Source: Carcharhinus amblyrhynchos (Eukaryota). Taken from it: a stretch of DNA of 64,000 nt. The notes beneath the pieces were generated by a model. The model did no database searches. It was not told where the DNA came from and was given only the letters and a program-made list of their open reading frames with translations. Below are positions 62,226 through 64,000 of the stretch, piece after piece. A program made the position numbers and the translations under genes. How positions within the stretch are numbered: the first letter of the stretch is position 1; the number at the start of each line of letters is the position of its first letter. The stretch lies in contig OZ336872.1 in assembly GCA_965287045.1 (NCBI GenBank), positions 100,316,001-100,380,000 on the forward strand. Reading direction: 5' to 3'.

Positions 62226-62269
62226 CAGAGTTACAATGAAACAATGCCCAGGCAGCAGACCCCAAAATG

Positions 62270-62808
62270 CAGATACTCTAATTCATCTAACTGCTCTACT
62301 CCACCTTGACCCCTTTGTTTTCATTCTATTTTGTTTAATTTTTTTACTGTTCTCTGCCTTTTATTTCTTTCTTGTCTTTTTTCATTTTTCTTCCCCCCCC
62401 ACTCTTTCCCCCAACTTTATCCCCCTTCCCTTACCTTTTCTCCCCCTTTTCTAAATTTTACCTGTGTCCCATCCATTCTTCCCCCCTCCCCCCCAAACAT
62501 CTTCATCTGTCACAACTTACCCTCTCATTTTAGCTTCTATGTTGTTTGGCCATTCACACTCTTTAATATCTCTGTGGACAGACATTAGAAGTGTTTTTTC
62601 CCTGGTTTCCGTGGCTATGACTCATCTTTCTTTCTCTCTCCCTGCAGTATAAATATCTCCCACTTTCTATGCTTCTTAGCTTTTCAGAGTCAGCTGGACT
62701 CAATGTCAGCTCCTTTGTCTCCTTACAGGTGCAGCTAGACCTGCTGAGATCTTCTAGCATTTTCTCTTTTGGTTTCAGATTCCAGTATCTGCAGATATTT
62801 GCTTTTAC
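62270..62808 (+). mobile_element. Penelope-like element 3' region, decayed
   Basis: Pyrimidine-rich leader followed by the same body as 56037-56167. Confidence 0.55.
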
Positions 62809-64000
62809 TCTAATTCATGTTGTTCACATATAATTAGGTACATACATATATTGCAAACCCATCCACATCAGAAAAGTCAAAATCACTATTCCCAACCAAG
62901 CAAAGATAGGTGGGACTTATCTAATCTGGTTCAGCTCTTAGTTCTGCACAGGCACAATAGAGACATTCACACTTTCAGAACCTCATTACTGATGCTGCAT
63001 GTGGCCAAGCTTCTGTATATTGAGCAGCATTAGTATCGAATAGGAGAGAACCTTCCCGTGGTGACTGATGGAAGCACAGTGACAGTGTTTGGGCTTTTGA
63101 ATCAGGGAGCATGCAAGCAGGAACAACTATCGTGTGGACAGCACTGAAATTTGAAGTACATACCTAGCCGATGGTGGAGGGGACTAGGATCGCAGGCATT
63201 TAACTCTCTCATCCTCTGTCCTTCACCATACCTCATTCCCCCTCCATCTCACTTGCTCCCCATTCCGCTGTATGAAAATGTAGATTGCATAGGAGTGAGA
63301 GAGCATGATTGGGTGACCCATTTGTATCCAGGCAACAAGCTGAAACTGATAGCAGCCTTCACTTGAGGAGGTGCCCCTGGTATTGTGATGCAGTTGGCTA
63401 CTGGAAGTATTCAAGGAGTAAGTAACCACCATCGTAGTGAGGATGTAGTATACAGGAGTGCACCACTAACTCTAGGAGAGAAAAATATTCTGCAGGGAAA
63501 TGAGATCATGTCTGTCCACTTCAGGCCTGCATTTTCTCAGAAAGAACAATGTATTCTGCTTTTCAATTAATGTCCTTTCTTTGTGTTAGCGCAAGCAGAA
63601 GCAAATCAAGGCAATGACCTATAGGACAGAATCTCAGCACCAAGGCTTTGTGACCTCTTTAGGTTTCCCAACCTAATAAATATCTTCATAAGGATCAAGA
63701 CAGCCATATTAAGCAAAATTCACTAAGAATATTGAGGTTTATTTAGACCTCAGAAGTTTTTGTCAATCATTTGTTTATCCTATTTGAAACAACCACATTA
63801 TATCTAAAATTAGCTATGTATATTATGACACTGATTACTGGTCAGAAATTAGGATGTGTTCTTATGTTCTTGTGTTACCTTATTCAATCTATAGTATGGC
63901 AGAGAAGAGATAGTTGATGTAGGCAAGAATTTCTTGTTTAACAACGCGTTAGTGAATAATTTCCAACTATATTGTTGGTGATGGCAGGAATAGAGAGCAA

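Noticed and set aside
63020-63570. Short ORFs as exons of a downstream neighbour such as C3orf33
   Set aside because: No recognisable protein similarity or convincing splice pattern

Overview
Vertebrate genomic DNA, most likely a shark (inferred from HE1/V-SINE-like, DeuSINE-like and CR1/HER1-like repeats). The window holds two complete, divergently oriented genes. GMPS is on the minus strand (16 coding exons, 27463->8677, 695 aa). SLC33A1/AT-1 is on the plus strand (putative non-coding exon 1 near 32.4 kb, 6 coding exons 36299->57027, 543 aa). Each gene has its own CpG island with a tandem-repeat array just upstream. Introns and intergenic DNA are full of decayed LINEs, SINEs, a MITE and Penelope-like fragments. 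Most notable observations: (1) a ~300-bp polyadenylated, hairpin-rich element headed by U2 snRNA nt 18-38 in GMPS intron 1; (2) an intact minimal hammerhead ribozyme in a Penelope-like end ~400 bp upstream of SLC33A1, plus a second family of decayed hammerhead-bearing short elements with inverted ends; (3) a UPRE and two chained uORFs at SLC33A1. Exon boundaries were read base by base. Repeat boundaries are approximate, and repeat family names come from recognition, not a database search.
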